DNA of 64,000 nt from Takakia lepidozioides (Eukaryota > Plantae > Bryophyta): the NCBI GenBank assembly GCA_030704615.1, contig CM060731.1:38750001-38814000 (forward strand). The letters are read 5' to 3'. Shown piece after piece: positions 35,362 through 50,300 of the stretch (its first letter is position 1; the number at the start of each line of letters is the position of its first letter). The notes beneath the pieces were generated by a model, which had not been told where the DNA came from, did no database searches, and saw only the letters and a list, made by a program, of their open reading frames with translations. A program made the translations under genes and the position numbers.

Positions 35362-38300
35362 CTGTTGTAATTGCAGACGCCACCATCTCTGGCTCCTTGA
35401 ATAAACGAGCATAGAGTTCACATCTTGTCTCCAAACAGGCTACCTTGGACGCTTGTATGGGTGTAATTATTGTTGTTCTCTCATTCCACTTTCCCTCAAG
35501 TTCGTGAAGGTCCAGCTGAGGTGCTTCGTTGTTCTTCATAGTGTCGTCTTCTAGCTCATGAGCTAGCTCATTCTGCGTTCCTTTTGTACACTGTTTCTCA
35601 GCTTCAAGAGTGGATGTGATATCCACAACATCAATTGTTGACTCACTCCCATTCTCCTCGAGTTCTTTGAGTGTGTCATCTCCCTGCACAATTATTGCTT
35701 TCGCATCTGAATCTGATCCAATCTTCATTGGCTCTGTAGGCGTCTCAGCTGTATCGGTTGTCTGGAAAGGAACCGTTTCTAAGTGTATCTCTTTCCATGC
35801 AAAACCTTCCGGATCCAGTTCCCTCGTTTCCTCAATGTTAGTTGCAGTCTCAATCTGTTTCTCAAGTGTTTCAATTGCCATTTCCCTTGGTGATTCCTCA
35901 ACATTCATTGCGACTTTTGTTGGCTCCAACATGAACTCCTTGCCTGCATCCTGGCAGTCCAATTGCTTTGGTGTTTCCTCTGCCTCAATGGTGATTTTAC
36001 TCAGCTCTTTCATACTGATTTCACTTGCCTGGATAGGCAGCTCTTCAACTGAGGTTCCTGAAGTAGTATCTCCAGTAGAAGCAAGACTAGCTGCAACACT
36101 GGCTGCCTCCAAACCAACCACTTGAGATATAGTCCAAAATCTCCTTAAAAATGTTTTTGTTTTTTTCTTCTCTTCATGTCTCTTGAGCTCCACCTTCTTA
36201 GGAATTGTTGTGCGTTCAGTTTCCTCAACACCAGAACCAATATGATGAAATGGAGAATCCACAACCACATAGTCTTGATCTAGACTCGTCGCAAGATCTC
36301 TCGTACCAACACCAAACTCCTCCATCAAGTTAGCCGTAGCAATCTCACCCTTCAACTTCTCTACTTTCGTCATGGGTTCCTCTTCCAATCCCGTGGCAAG
36401 CTTGGTGACGTCTAGTGTTGCGGTCTCGGCGTCTTCATGAGCAGGTGCAACCGGGGCCTCGGCAACAGCGCCGGGTGCCGGCTCTCCGGCCTCAGCTAGT
36501 ACATCCTCCTCTGCAATTGGCGTCACTTCAGGCTCCAGCACGTCCTTTGCTTCTTCCTGCAATGGCACTTCAAGTTTTGTGGGCTCCTCCTCGGCAGCAA
36601 CACTAGCAAGGGGCTCTGTGTATGGTGCAGCCTCGACAGGTGGCTCCTCTTGATCTACGGCAGCAATTGTTAGAGCGGCCCCCTCCACGGCAGCCTCCGC
36701 TTCATCGTGAACATCGGGTGCAAATGCCTTGGGCTGGAGATCCCTTGGTAATTCGGGTTCGTCGAGTGCTGCAACTGCAGCCTCTTGTTGCGCAATGGGT
36801 TCCTCCTCCACGAGGGCAACCTCCCTCTTGGCTACCAGCTCTGCAAGAGCTTCAAGCTCGAGGTCCCTTGCTTCTTCATGGACAGGTGCAACCGGCTCTT
36901 CCTCCAACTTGGCATCATGATCCTCAACTGGTTCAATAATATCGGGGGTGGCAGCTGCTTCATCCTCCGCTGGGACTGGATCAGCGGGAGGCGATGGTTC
37001 ATCAACCTCCTTGACCAGCTCCTTCTCCTCTGACTCTGGCGGCGCAAGTACATTAGTGACCTCCAGCTCGGGTTCTTCGCGGGGTTCAACGGCGGTCTCC
37101 TCATCAATAGCGGCAGGCAGGGCAAGCTCCGTCTCCTTCTCGAGAGCAAGTTCAAGTTCAGGCTCAAGCTCCTTTGGTTCAGCTTCCAAGGCTTGCTCAA
37201 CTGGTTCCTCCTCCACGGGGGCTGGTTCCCTCTCCGCTACTAGCTCTGCAAGCGCTTCGGGCTCAAGGTCCCTTGCTTCTTCATGGGCAGGTGCAACAGG
37301 CTCTTCCTCCAACTTGGAATCATGATCCTCAACCGGTTCAACAATATTGGGGGTGACAGCTGCTTCCTCCTCCGCCGGAACAAAATCATCGGGAGGCGAT
37401 GGTTCAGCAACCTCCTCGACCAGCTCCTTCTCCTCAACAATATTATTAGGGGTGGCAGCTACTTCCTCCTCTGCCGGGACTAGATCAGGAACAGGCGATG
37501 GTTCACCAACCTCCTTGACCAGCTCCTTCTCCTCGGACTCTGGCCGTGCAACTACATCAGTGACCTCCAACTCAGGTTCTTCCGGTTCAACGGCGGCCTC
37601 CTCAACAGCGGCAAACGTCGCAGGCTCCAGCTTCTTCTCGGGAGCAAGTTCAAGTTCAGGCTCAAGCTCCTTTGGATCGGGTTCCGGGGCTTGCTCAACC
37701 AGTTCTTCCTCCACGAGGGCTGGTTCCCTCTCCGCTACCAGCTCTGCAAGCACTTCAGGCTCGAGGTCCCTTGCTTCATCATGGACAGGTGCAACCAGCT
37801 CTTCCTCAAGCTTGGCATCATGATCCTCAACTGGTTCAAGAATATCGGGGGTGGCAGTGGCTTCCTCCTCCTCCGGGTTTAGATCAGCTGGAGGTGAACA
37901 TGGTTCAGCAACCTTCTCGACCAACATTTTCTCCTCAGCCTCTGGGAGCGCAACTACATCACTTACCTCTGTCTCAGGTTCTTGGTGTTCAACGGCAGCC
38001 TCCTTTGGTTCAGCTTCCGGGGCTTGCTCAACTGGTTCCTCCTCCACGGGGGCTGGTTCCCTCTCCGCTACCAACCCTCCAAGCACTTGAGGCTGGAGGT
38101 CCCTTGCTTCTTCATGGACAGTTGCAACAGGCTCTTCCTCCAACTTAGCATCACGATCCTCAACCGGTTCAACAATATCGGGGGCGGTAGGCGCTTCCTC
38201 CTCCTCCGGAACTAGATCAGCGGGAGGCGATGGTTTAGCAACCTCCTCGACGAGCTCCTTTTCCTCGGCCTCTGGCGGCGCTATGACCTCACTTACCTCC

Positions 38301-41300
38301 GGCTCGGGTTCTTCTGGTTCAACGACGGCCTCCTCAACAACAGCAAGCGACGCAGGCTCTCTCTCCTTCTCAGGAGCAAGTTCAAGTTTAGGCTCAAGCT
38401 CCTTTGGGTCAGCTTCCGGGGCTTCCTCAACCGGTTCCTCCTCCATGGGGGCTGGTTCCCTCCCCGCTACCAGCTCTGCAAGCGCTTCAGGCTCGAGCTC
38501 CCTTGCTTCTTCATGGACAGGTGCATTGGGCTCTTCTTCCAACTTGGCATCCTGATCCTCAACCGGTTCAACAATTTCGGGGGTGGTAGCTGCTCCCTCC
38601 TCCGCCGGAACAAGATTAGCGGGAGGCGATGGTTCAGCAACCTCCTCCACCAGCTCTTTTTCCTCGGCCTCTGGGGGTGCAAGTACATCAGTGATCTTTG
38701 GTTCGGGTTCTTCGGGTTCAACGGCGGCCTCTTCGATAGTGGAAGGTGGCGCAGGCTCTGCTACCAGCTCTGCAAGCGCTTCAGGGTCGAGGTCCCTAGC
38801 TTCTTCATGGACAGGTGAATTAGGCTCTTCCTCCAACATGGCATCATAATCTTGAACCGGTTCAACTATACCGGGGGTGGCAGTTGCTTCCTCCTCCGCC
38901 GGGACTAGATCAGCGGGAGGCAATGGTTCAGCAACCTCCTCGACCAGCTCCTTCTTCTCGGCCTCTAGCGGCGCAACTACATCAGTTACATCATCAAGTA
39001 TATCAGCGACCTCCGGCTCGGGTTCTTCTAGTTCAATGGCGGCCTCCTCAACAGCAGCAGACGACTCTCTCCCCTTCTCGGGAGCAAGTTCAAGTTCAGG
39101 CTCAAGCTCCTTTGGTTTAGCTTCCGGGGCTTCCTCAACCGGTTCCTCCTCCACGGGGGCTGGTTCCGTCTCCACTACCAACTTTGCAAGCGCTTCAGGC
39201 TCGAGGTCCCTTTCTTCTTCATGGACATGTGCAACGGGCTCTTCTTCCAACTTGGCATCATAATCCTCAATCGGTTCAAAAATATCAGGGGTGGCAGGCA
39301 CTGCTTCCTCCTCCGCCGGGACTAGATCAGCGGGTGGAAATGGTTCAGCAACCTCCTCGACGAGCTCCTTCTCCTCAACCTCTGGCGACGCTATTACCTC
39401 ACTTACTTCCGGCTCGGGTTCATCCGGTTCAACGGCGGCCTCCTCAACAACGGTAGGTAGCGCAGGCTCGGTCTCCTTCTCGGGAGCAAGTTCAAGTTCA
39501 GGCTCAAGTTTCTTTGGCTCAGCTTCGAGGGCCTGCTCAACCGGTTCCTCGTCCACGGGGGCTGGCTTCCTCTCCGCTACCAGCTTTGCAAGCGCTCGAT
39601 CGGGCTTGAGGTCCCTTGCTTCTTCATGGACAGGTGCAACAGGCTCTTCCTCCAACTTGGCATCATGATCCTTAACCAGTTCAACAATATCGGGGGTGGC
39701 AGGCGCTTCCTCCTCCTCCGGAACTAGATACGCAGGAGGTGATGGTTCAGCAACCTCCGCGACGAGCTCCTTTTCCTCGGCCTCTGGCAGCGCTATTACC
39801 TCACTTACCTCCGGCACGGGTTCTTCCGGTTCGACGACGACCTCCTCAACAGCGGCACGCAGCGCAGGCTCGGTGTCCTTCTCAGGAGCAAGTTCAAGTT
39901 CAGGCTCAAGCTCCTTTGGTTCAGATTCCGAAGCTTCCTCAACCCATTCCTCCTCCACGGGGGCTGGTTCCCTCTTCGCTCCCAGCTCTGCAAGCGCTTC
40001 AGGCTCGAGGTCCCTTGCTTCTTCATGGACAGGTGCAACCAGCTCTCCTTCCAACTTGGCATCATGATCCTCAATCGGTTCAACAATATCGGGGGTGGCA
40101 GGCAGTGCTTCCTCCGCCGGTACTAGATCAGCGGGTGGCAATGGTTCAGCAACCTCCTCGACCAGCTCCTTCTCCTCGGCCTCTTGGGGCGCTATTACCT
40201 CACTTACCTCCGGCTCAGGTTCTACTGGTTCGATGGCGGCCTCCTCAACAGCGGCAGGCAGCGCAGGCTCGGTCTCTTTCTCGGGAGCAAGTTCAAGTTC
40301 AGGGTCAAGCTCCTTTGGTTCACATTCCGGGGCTTCCTCATCCGGTTCCTCCTCCACGGGGGCTGGTTCCCTTTCCGCTACCAGCTCTGCAAGCGCTTCA
40401 CGCTCGAGGTCCCTTGCTTCTGCATGGACAGGTGCAATGGGCTCTTCTTCCAACTTGGCATCATGATCCTCAATAATATCGGGGGTGGCAGGCGCTGCTT
40501 CCTCCTCCGCTGGGACTAGATCAGCGGGTGGCAATGGTTCAGCAACCTCCTCGACCAGCTCCTTCTCCTCGGCTTCTGGTGGCGCTATTACCTCACTTAC
40601 CTCGGGCTTGGGTTCTTCCAGTTCCACGACGGCCTGCTCAACAGCGGCAGGCAGCGCAGGCTCGGTGTCCTTCTCGGGAGCAAGTTCAAGTTCAGGCTCA
40701 AGCTCCTTTGGTTCAGATTCCGGGGGTTCCTCAACCCGTTCCTCCTCCACGGGGGTTGGATCCCTCTCCGCTACGAGCTCTGCAAGCGCTTCAGGCTCGA
40801 GGTCCCTTGCTTCTTCATGTACAGGTGCAACGGGCTCTTCTTCCAACTTCGCATCATGAAACTCAATAATATCGGGGGTGGCAAGCGCTGCTTCCTCCTC
40901 CGCCGGGATAAGATCAGCGGGTGGCAATGGTTCCGCGACCTCCTCGACCAGCTCCTTCGCCTCGGCCTCTGGCGGCGCTATTACCTCACTTACCTCCGGC
41001 TCTGGTTCTTCAAGTTCCACGACGGCTTGCTCAATAGTGGCAGGCAGCGCAGGCTCGGTCTCCTTCTCGGGAGCAAGTTCAAGTTCAGGCTCAAGCTCCT
41101 TTGGTTCAGATTCCAGGGCTTCCGCAACCGGTTCCACCTCCATGGGGGCTGGTTCCCTCTCCGCTACCAGCTCTGCAAGCGCTTCACGCTCGAGGTCCCT
41201 TGCTTCTTCATGGAGAGGTGCAACGGGCTCTTCTTCCAACATGGCATCCAGATCCTCAACAATGTCGGGTGTGGCAGGCGCTCCTCCCTCCTCCGCCGGG

Positions 41301-44300
41301 ACTAGATCAGCGGGTGGAAATGGTTCGGCAATCTCCTCATTCAGCTCGTTCTCCTTGGTTTCTGGCAGCGCTATTACCTCACTTACCTCCGGCTCGGGTT
41401 CTTCCCGTTCAACGACGGCCTCCTCAACAGCGGCAGGCAGCGCAGGCTCGGTCTCCTTCTCGGGAGCAAGTTCAAGTTCGGGCTCAACCTCCTTTGGTTC
41501 AGATTCCGGGGGTTCCTCCTCCACGGGGGCTGGTTCCGTCTCCGCTACCAGCTCTGCAAGTGCTTCCGGCTTGAGGTCCCTTGCTTCTTCATGAACAGGT
41601 GCAACGGGCTCTTCTTCCAACTTGGCATCATGATCCTCAATAATATCGGGGGTGACAGGCGCTGCTTCCTCCTCCGCCGGGATTAGATCAGCGGGTGGCA
41701 ATGGTTCAGCACCCTCCTCGACCAGCTCCTTCTCCTCGGCCTCTGGCGGTGCTATTACCTCACTTACCTCCGGCTGGGGTTCTTCCGGTTCCACGACGGC
41801 CTGATCAACAGCGGCAGGCAGCGCAGGCTCGGTCTCCTTCTCAAGAGCAAGTTCAAGTTCAGACTCAAGCTCCTTTGGTTCAGCTTCCGAGGCTTGCGCA
41901 TCCAGTTCCTCCTCCATGGGGGCTGGTTCCCTCTCCGCTACCAGCTCTGCAAGCCCCTCAGGTTCGAGGTCCCTTGCTTCTTCATGGACAGGTGCAACCG
42001 CCTGTTCTTCCAACTTGGCATCATTCTCCTCAACAATATCGGGGGTGGCAGGCGCTGCTTCCTGCTCTGTCGGGACTAGATCAGCGGGTGGCAATGGTTC
42101 AGCAACCTCCTCGTCCAGCTCATTCTCCTCGGCCTCTGGCGGCGCTATTAACTCACTTACCTCCGGCTTGGGTTCTTCTAGTTCGACGGCGGCCTCCTCA
42201 GCAGCGGCATGCAGCGCTAGCTCTGTCTCCTTCTCGAGAGCAAGTTCAAGTTCAGGCTCAAGCTCCTTTGGTTCAGCTTCCGGGGCTTCCTTAACCGGTT
42301 CCTCCTCCACTGGGGCTGGTTCCCACTTTGCTACCAGTTCTGCAAGCGCTTCAGGCTCGAGGTCCCTTGCTTCTTCATGGACAGGTGCAACGGGCTCTTC
42401 TTCCAACTTGGCATCGTGATCCTCAACAATGTTGGGGGTGGCAGGTGGTGCTTCCTCCTCCACCGGGACTACATCAGCGGGTGGCAATGGTTCAGCAACC
42501 TCCTCGACCAGCTCCTTCTCGTTGGCCTCTGGCGGCGCTATTACCCACTTACCTTCGGCTCGGGTTTCATCGGTTCCACGGCGGCTCACAGCGGCATACA
42601 GCGCAGGCTCCGCCTCATTCTCGGGAGCAAGTTCAAGTTCAGGGTCAATCTCCTTTGGTTCAGATTCCAGGGCTTGCTCAACCGGTTCCTCCTCCACGGG
42701 TGCTGGTTCCCTGTGCGCTACTAGCTCTGCAAACGCTTCAGGCTCGAGGTCCCTTGCTTCTTCATGGACATGCGCAATGGGCTCTTCTTCCAAATTGGCA
42801 TCCTGATCCTCAACCGGTTTAACAATATCGGGGGTGGTAGGCGCTGCTTCCTCATCCGTGGCAACCTCTACAAGCTGCTCCTTTTCCACGGCCTTTGGAG
42901 GTGCAAGTACATCAGTGACCTCCGGCTCGGGTTCTTCGGGTTCAACGGCGGCTCCCTGAACAGCAGTAGGCAGCGCAAGCTCTGTGTGCTTCTCCGGAGC
43001 AAGATGTTCAAGTTCAGGGTCAAGCTCCTTTGGTTCATATTCCGGGGCTTCCTCAACTGTTTCCTCCTCCACGGGGGCTGGTTCCCTCTCCGCTACCAGC
43101 TCTGCAAGCGCTTCAGGCTGGAGGTCCCTTGCTTCTTCATGGACAGGTGCAACCGCCTGTTCTTCCAACTTGGCATCCTGAACCTCAACAATGTCGGGGT
43201 GGCAGGTGCTGCTGCCTCCTCCGCCGGAACTAGATCAGCGGGTGGCAATGGTTCAGCAACCTCCTCGACCAGCTCCTTCTCCTCGGCCTCTTGCGGCGCT
43301 ATTAACTCACTTACCTCCGGCTCGGGTTCTTCTGGTTCGACGGCGGCCTCCTCAACAGCGGCAGGCGACGCAGGCCTAGTCTCCTTCTCGGGAGCAAGTT
43401 GAAGTTCAGACTCAAGCTCCTTTGGTTCAGCTTCCGGGGCTTCCTCAACCGGTTCCTCCTCCACTGGGGCTGGTTCCCTCTCTGTTTCCAGTTGTGCAAT
43501 CGCTTTAGGCTTGAGGTCCCTTGCTTCTTCACGGACAGGTGCAACGGGCTCTTCTTCCAGCTTGGCATCGTGATCCTCAACAATGTCGGGGGTGGCAGGT
43601 GCTGCTTCCTCCTCCGCCGGGACTAGATCAGCGGGTGGCAATGGTTCATCAACCTCCTCGACCAGCTCCTTCACGTTGGCCTCTGGCGGCGCTTTTACCT
43701 CACTTACCTTTGGCTCGGGTTCATCGGATTCCACGGCGGCCTCCTCAACAACGGCATACAGCGCAGGCTCCGCCTCATTCTCTGGAGCAAGTTCAAGTTC
43801 AGGCTCAATCTCCTTTGGTTCAGATTCCAGGGCCTGCTCAACCAGTTCTTCATCCACAGGTGCTGGTTGCCTCTGCGCTACCAGCTCTGCAAACGCGTCA
43901 GCGAGGTCCCTTGCTTCTTCATGGACATGGTGCAACGGGCTCTCTCTTCCAAATTGGCATCCTGATCCTCAACCGGTTTAACAATATCGGGGGTGGCAGC
44001 GCTGTTCCTCCTCCTCCGCGCAACCTCTCAAGCTGCTCCTTTTCCTCGGCCTTTGGAGGTGCAAGTACATCATTGACCTCTGGCTCGGGTTCTTCGGGTT
44101 CAACGGCGGCCTCCTGAACAGCAGTAGGCGGCGCAAGCTCTGTGTCCTTCTCGGGAGCAAGATGTTCAAGTTCAGGGTCAAGCTCCTTTGGTTCATATTC
44201 AAGGGCTTCCTCAACCGGTTCCTCCTCCACGGGGGCTGGATCCCTCTCCGCTACCAGCTCTGCAAGCGCTTCAGGCTGGAGGTCCCTTGCTTCTTCATGG

Positions 44301-47300
44301 ACAGGTGCAACCGCCTGTTCTTCCAACTTGGCATCCTGAACCTCAACAATGTCGGGAGTGGCAGGCGCTGCTTCCTCCTCCTCCGCCGGGACTAGATCAG
44401 CGGTGGCAATGGTTCAGCAACCTCCTCGACCAGCTCCTTCTGGTTGGCCTCTGGCGGCGCTATTACCTCACTTACCTCTGGCTCGGGTTCATCGGGTTCA
44501 ACGGCGGCCTCGTCAACAGCGGCATACAGCGCAGGCTCCGCCTCATTCTCTGGAGCAAGTTCAAGTTCAGGGTCAATCTCCTTTGGTTCAGATTCCAGGG
44601 ATTGCTCATCCGGTTCCTCCTCCACGGGTGCTGGTTCCCTCTGCGCTACCAGCTCTGCAAACGCTTCAGGCTCGAGGTCCCTTGCTTCTTCATGGACAGG
44701 TGCAACGGGCTCTTCTTCCAAATTGGCATCTTGATCCTCAACCGGTTTCACAATATCGGGGGTGGCAGGCGCTGCTTCCTCCTCCGCGGCAACCTCTACA
44801 ACCTGTTCCTTTTCCTCAGCCTTTGGAGGTGCAAGTACATCAGTGACCTCCGGCTCGGGTTCTTCGGGTTCAACGGCGGCCTCCTCAACAGCAGTAGGCG
44901 GCGCAAGCTCTGTGTGCTTCTCCGGAGCAAGATGTTCAAGTTCAGGGTCAAGCTCCTTTTGGTTCATATTCCGGGGCTTCCTCAACTGGTTCCTCCTCCA
45001 CGGGGCTGGTTCCCTCTCCGCTACCAGCTCTGCAAGCGCTTCAGGCTGGAGGTCCCTTGCTTCTTCATGGACAGGTGCAACCGCCTGTTCTTCCAACTTG
45101 GCATCCTGAACCTCAACAATGTCGGGGGTGGTAGGCGCTGCTTCCTCCTCCGCCGGGACTAGATCAACGGGTGGCAATGGTTCAGCAACCTCCTCGACCA
45201 GCTCCTTCTCCTCGGCCTCTTGCGGCGCTATTAACCCACTTACCTCCGGCCCAGGTTCTTCTGGTTCGACGGCGGCCTCCTCAACAGCAGCAGGCGACGC
45301 AGGCCTAGTCTCCTTCTCGGGAGCAAGTTCAAGTTCAGACTCAAGCTCTTTGGGTCAGCTTCCGGGCTTCCCTCACCGTTCCTCCTCCACTGGGGCTGGT
45401 TCCCTCTCTGCCAGTTTTTTTGCAAGCGCTTCAGGCCTGAGGTCCCTTGCTTCTTCACGGACAGGTGCAACTGGCTCTTCTTCCAGCTTGGCATCATGAA
45501 CCTCAACAATGTAGGGGGTGGCAGGTGCGGCTTCCTCCTCCGCCGGTACTAGATTAGTGGGTGGCAATGGTTCAGCAACCTCCTCCACCAGCTCCTTCTC
45601 CTCGGCTTTTTGTGGCGCTATTAACTCACTTACCTCCGGTTCGGGTTCTTCTGGTTCGACGGCGGCCTCCTCAACAGCGGCAAGCGACGCAGACTCAGTC
45701 TCCTTCTCGGGAGCAAGTTCAAGTTCAGGGTGAAGCTCCTTTGGTTCAGCTTCCGGGGCTTCCTCAACCGGTTCCTCCTCCACTGGGGCTGGTTCCCTCT
45801 CTGCTACCTGTTCTGCATGCGCTTCAGGCCTGAGGTCCCTTGCTTCGTCACGGACAGGTGCAACGGGCTCTTCTTCCAACTTGGCATCGTGATCCTCAAC
45901 AATGTCGGGGGTGGCAGGTGCTGCTTCCTCCTCCGCCGGTACTAAATTAGTGGGTGGCAATGGTTCAGCAACCTCCTCGACCAGCTCCTTCTCCTCGGCC
46001 TTTTGGTGCGCTATTCCTCACTTACCTTGGTCTCGGGTTGTTCCGGTTTGACGGCGGCCTCCTGAATAGTGGCAGGCAGGGCAGGCTCGGTCTCCTTCTC
46101 GGGAGCAAGTGCAAGTTCAGGGTCAAGCTCCTTTGGTTCATATTCAGGGGGTTCCTGAACCGGTTCCTCCTCCACGGGGGCTGGTTCCCTGTCCGCTACA
46201 AGCAATGCAAGCGCTTCAGGCCCGAGGTCCCTTGCTTCTTCATAGACAGGTGCAACGGGCTCTTCTTCCAAATTGGCATCCTGATCCTCAAACGGATTAA
46301 CAATATCGGGGGTGGCAGGCGCTGCTTCCTCCTCCGCGGCAACCTCTACAACCTGTTCCTTTTCCTCGGCCTTTGGAGGTGCAAGTACATCAGTGACCTC
46401 CTCCGGCTCGGGTTCTTCGGGTTCAGCGGCAGCCTCCTCAACAACAGAAGGCGGCGCAAGCTCTGTGTCCTTCTCGGGAGCAAGATGTTCAAGTTCAGGG
46501 TCAAGCTCGTGTGGTTCATATTGCGGGGCATCCTCAACCGGTTCCTCCTCCACTGGGGCTGGTTCCCTCTCCACTACAGGCTCTGCAAGTGCTTCAGGCT
46601 CGAGGTCCCTTGCTTCTTCATGGACAGGTGCAACTGCCTGTTCTTCCAACTTGGCATCCTGAACCTCAACATTGTCGGGGGTGGCAGGCGCTGCTTCCTC
46701 CTCCGCCGGGACTAGATCAGCGGGTTGCAATGGTTCAACAACCTCCTCGACCAGCTCCTTCTCCTCGGCCTCTTGCGGTGCTATTAACTCACTTACCTCC
46801 GGCTCAGGTTCTTCTGGTTCGACGGCGGCCTCCTTAACAGCGGCAGGCGACGCAGGCTCAGTCTCCGTCTCGGGAGCAAGTTCAAGTTCAGACTGAAGCT
46901 CCTTTGGTTCAGCTTCCGGGGCTTCCTCAACCGGTTCCTCCTCCACGGGGACTGGTTCCCTCTCCGCTACCAGCTCTACAAGCGCTTCAGGCTCGAGGTC
47001 CCTTGCTTCTTCATGGACAGGTGCAACCGCCTGTTCTTCCAAACTGGCATCGTCATCCTCAACAATGTCGGGGGTGGCAGGTGCTGCTTCCTCCTTCGCC
47101 GGTACTAGATTAGTGGGTGGCAATGGTTCAGCAACCTCCTCGACCAGCTCCTTCTCCTCGGCCTCTTGCGGCCCTATTAACTCACTTACCTCCGGCTCAG
47201 GTTCTTCTGGTTCGACGGCGGCCTCCTCAACAGCGGCAAGTGACGCAGGCTTAGTCTCCTTCTCGGGAGCAAGTTCAAGTTCAGGGTCAAGCTCCTTTGG

Positions 47301-50300
47301 TTCAGCTTCCGGGGCTTCCTGAACCGGTTCCTCCTCCACTGGGGCTGGTTCCCTCTCTGCTACCAGTTCTGCAAGCACTTCAGGCCTGAGGTCCCTTGCT
47401 TCTTCACGGACAGGTGCAATGGGCTCTTCTTCCAACTTGGCAACGTGATCCTCAACAATGTCAGGGGTGGCAGGTGCTGCTTCCTCCTCCGCCTGTACTA
47501 GATTAGTGGGTGGCAATGGTTCAGCAACCTCCTCGACCAGCTCCTTCTCCTCGGCCTCTGGTGTCGCTATTCCCTCACTTACCTTTGTCTCGGGTTCTTC
47601 GGGTTCGACGGCGGCCTCCTCAATAGCGGCAGGCAGGGCAGGCTCGGTCTCCTTCTCGGGAGCAAGTGCAATTTCAGGGTCAAGCTCCTTTGGTTCATAT
47701 TCAGGGGGTTCCTGAACCGGTTCCTCCTCCACGGGGGCTGGTTTCCTCTCCTCTACAAGCTCTGCAAGCGCTTCAGGCCCGAGGTCCCTTGCTTCTTCAT
47801 AGACAGGTGCAACGGGCTCTTCTTCCAAATTGGCATCCTGATCCTCAACCGGTTTAACAATGTCGGGGGTGGCAGGCGCTGCTTCCTCCTCCGCGGCAAC
47901 CTCTACAACCTGTTCCTTTTCCTCGGCCTTTGAAGGTGCAAGTACATCAGTGACCTCCTCCGGATCGGGTTCTTCGGGTTCAACGGCGGCCTCCTCAACA
48001 GCAGTAGGCGGCGTAAGCTCTGTGTCCTTCGCGGGAGCAAGATGTTCAAGTTCAGGGTCAAGCTCCTTTGGTTCATATTCCGGGGCTTCCTCAACCGGTT
48101 CCTCCTCCACGGGGGCTGGTTCCCTCTCCGCTACCAGCTCTGCAAGTGCTTCAGGCTGGAGGTCCTCTACTTCTTCATGGACAGGTGCAACCGCCTGTTC
48201 TTCCAACTTGGCATCCTGAACCTCAACATTGTCGGGGGTGGCAGGCGCTGCTTCCTCCTCCGCCGGGACTAGATCAGCAGGTGGCAATGGTTCAGCAACC
48301 TCCGCGACCAGCTCCTTCTCCTCGGCCTCTTGCAGCGCTATCAACCCACTTACCTCCGGCTCAGGTTCTTCTGGTTCGACAACGGCCTCCTCAACAGCGG
48401 TAGGCGACGCAAGCGTAGTCTCCTTCTCAGGAGCAAGTTCAAGTTCAGACTCAAGTTCCTTTGGTTCAGCTTCCGGGGCTTTCTCAACCGGTTCCTCCTC
48501 CACTGGGGCTGGTTCCCTCTCTGCTACCAATTCTGCAAGCGCTTCAGGCCTGAGGTCCCTTGCTTCTTCACGGACAGGTGCAACGGGCTCTTCTTCCAGC
48601 TTGGCATCGTGATCCTCAACAATGTCGGGGATGGCAGGTGCGGCTTCCTCCTCCGCCGGTACTAGATTAGTGGGTGGCAATGGTTCATTAACCTCCTCCA
48701 CCAGCTCCTTCTCCTCAGCCGCTTGCGGCGCTATTAACTCACTTACCTCCGGCTCGGGTTCTTCTGGTTCGACGGCGGCCTCCTCAACACCGGCACGCGA
48801 CACAGGCTTAGTCTCCTTCTCGGGAGCAAGTTCAAGTTCAGGGTCAAGCTCCTTTGGTTCAGCTTCCGGGGCTTCCTCAACCGGTTCCTCCTCCACTGGG
48901 GCTGGTTCCCTCTCTGCTACCAGTTCTGCAAGCGCTTCAGGCCTGAGGTCCCTTGCTTCTTCATAGACAGGTGCAACGGGCTCTTCTTCCAGCTTGGCAT
49001 CGTGATCCTCAACAATGTCGGGGGTGGCAGGTGCGGTTTCCTCCTCCGCCGGTACTAGATCAGTGGGTGGCAATGGTTCAGCAACCTCCTCGACCAGCTC
49101 CTTCTCCTCGGCCTCTTGCGGCGCTATTAACTCACTTACACCCGGCTCGGGTTCTTCTGGTTCGACGGCGGCCTCCTCAACAGCAGGCGACGCAGGCTCA
49201 GTCTCCTTCTCGGGAGCAAGTTCAAGTTCAGACTCAAGCTCCTTTGGTTCAGCTTCCGGGGCTTCCTCAACCGGTTCCTCCTCCACTGGGGCTGGTTCCC
49301 TCTCTGCTACCAGTTCTGCAAGCGCTTCAGGCCTGAGGTCCCTTGCTTCTTCAGGGACAGGTGCAACCGTCTTTTCTTCCAAGTTGGCATCGTGTTCCTC
49401 AACAATGTCGGGGGTGGCAGGTGCTGCTTCCTCCTCCGCCGGTACTAGATTAGTGGGTGGCAATGGTTCAGCAACCTCCTCGACCAGCTCCTTCTCCTCG
49501 GCTTTTTGCGGCGCTATTATTTCACTTACCTCCGGCTCGGGTTCTTCTGGTTCGACGGCGGCCTCCTCAACAGCGGCAAGCGACGCAGGCTTAGTATCCT
49601 TCTCGGGAGCATGTTCAAGTTCAGGGTCAAGCTCCTTTGGTTCAGCTTCCGGGGCTTCCTCAACCGGTTCCTCCTCCACCGGGGCTGGTTCCCTCTCTGC
49701 TTCCAGTTCTGCAAGCGCTTCAGGCCTGAGGTCCCTTGCTTCTTCAAGGATAGGTGCAACGGGCGCTTCTTCCAACTTGGCATCGTGATCCTCAACTATG
49801 TCGGGGGTGGCAGGTGCTGCTTCCTCCTCCGCGGGGACTAGATCAGCGGGTGGCAATGGTTCAGCAACCTCCTCGACCAGCTCCTTCACGTTGGCCTCTG
49901 GCGGCGCTTTTACCTCACTTACCTTCGGCTCGGGTTCATCGGGTTCCACGGCGGCCTCCTCAACAACGGCATACAGCGCAGGCTCTGCCTCATTCTCTGG
50001 AGCAAGTTCAAGTTCATGCTGAATCTTCTCTGTTTCAGATTCCAGGGCCTGCTCAACCGGTTCTTCCTCCACGGGTGCTGGTTGCCTCTGCGCTACCAGC
50101 TCTGCAAACGCGTCAGGCTCGAGGTCCCTTGCTTCTTCATGGACATGTGCAACGGGCTCTTCTTCCAAATTGGCATCCTGATCCTCAACCGGTTTAACAA
50201 TATCGGGGGTGGCAGGCGCTGCTTCCTCCTCCGCGGCAACCTCTACAAGCTGCTCTTTTTCCTCGGCCTTTGGAGGTGCAAGTACATCAGTGACCTCCGG

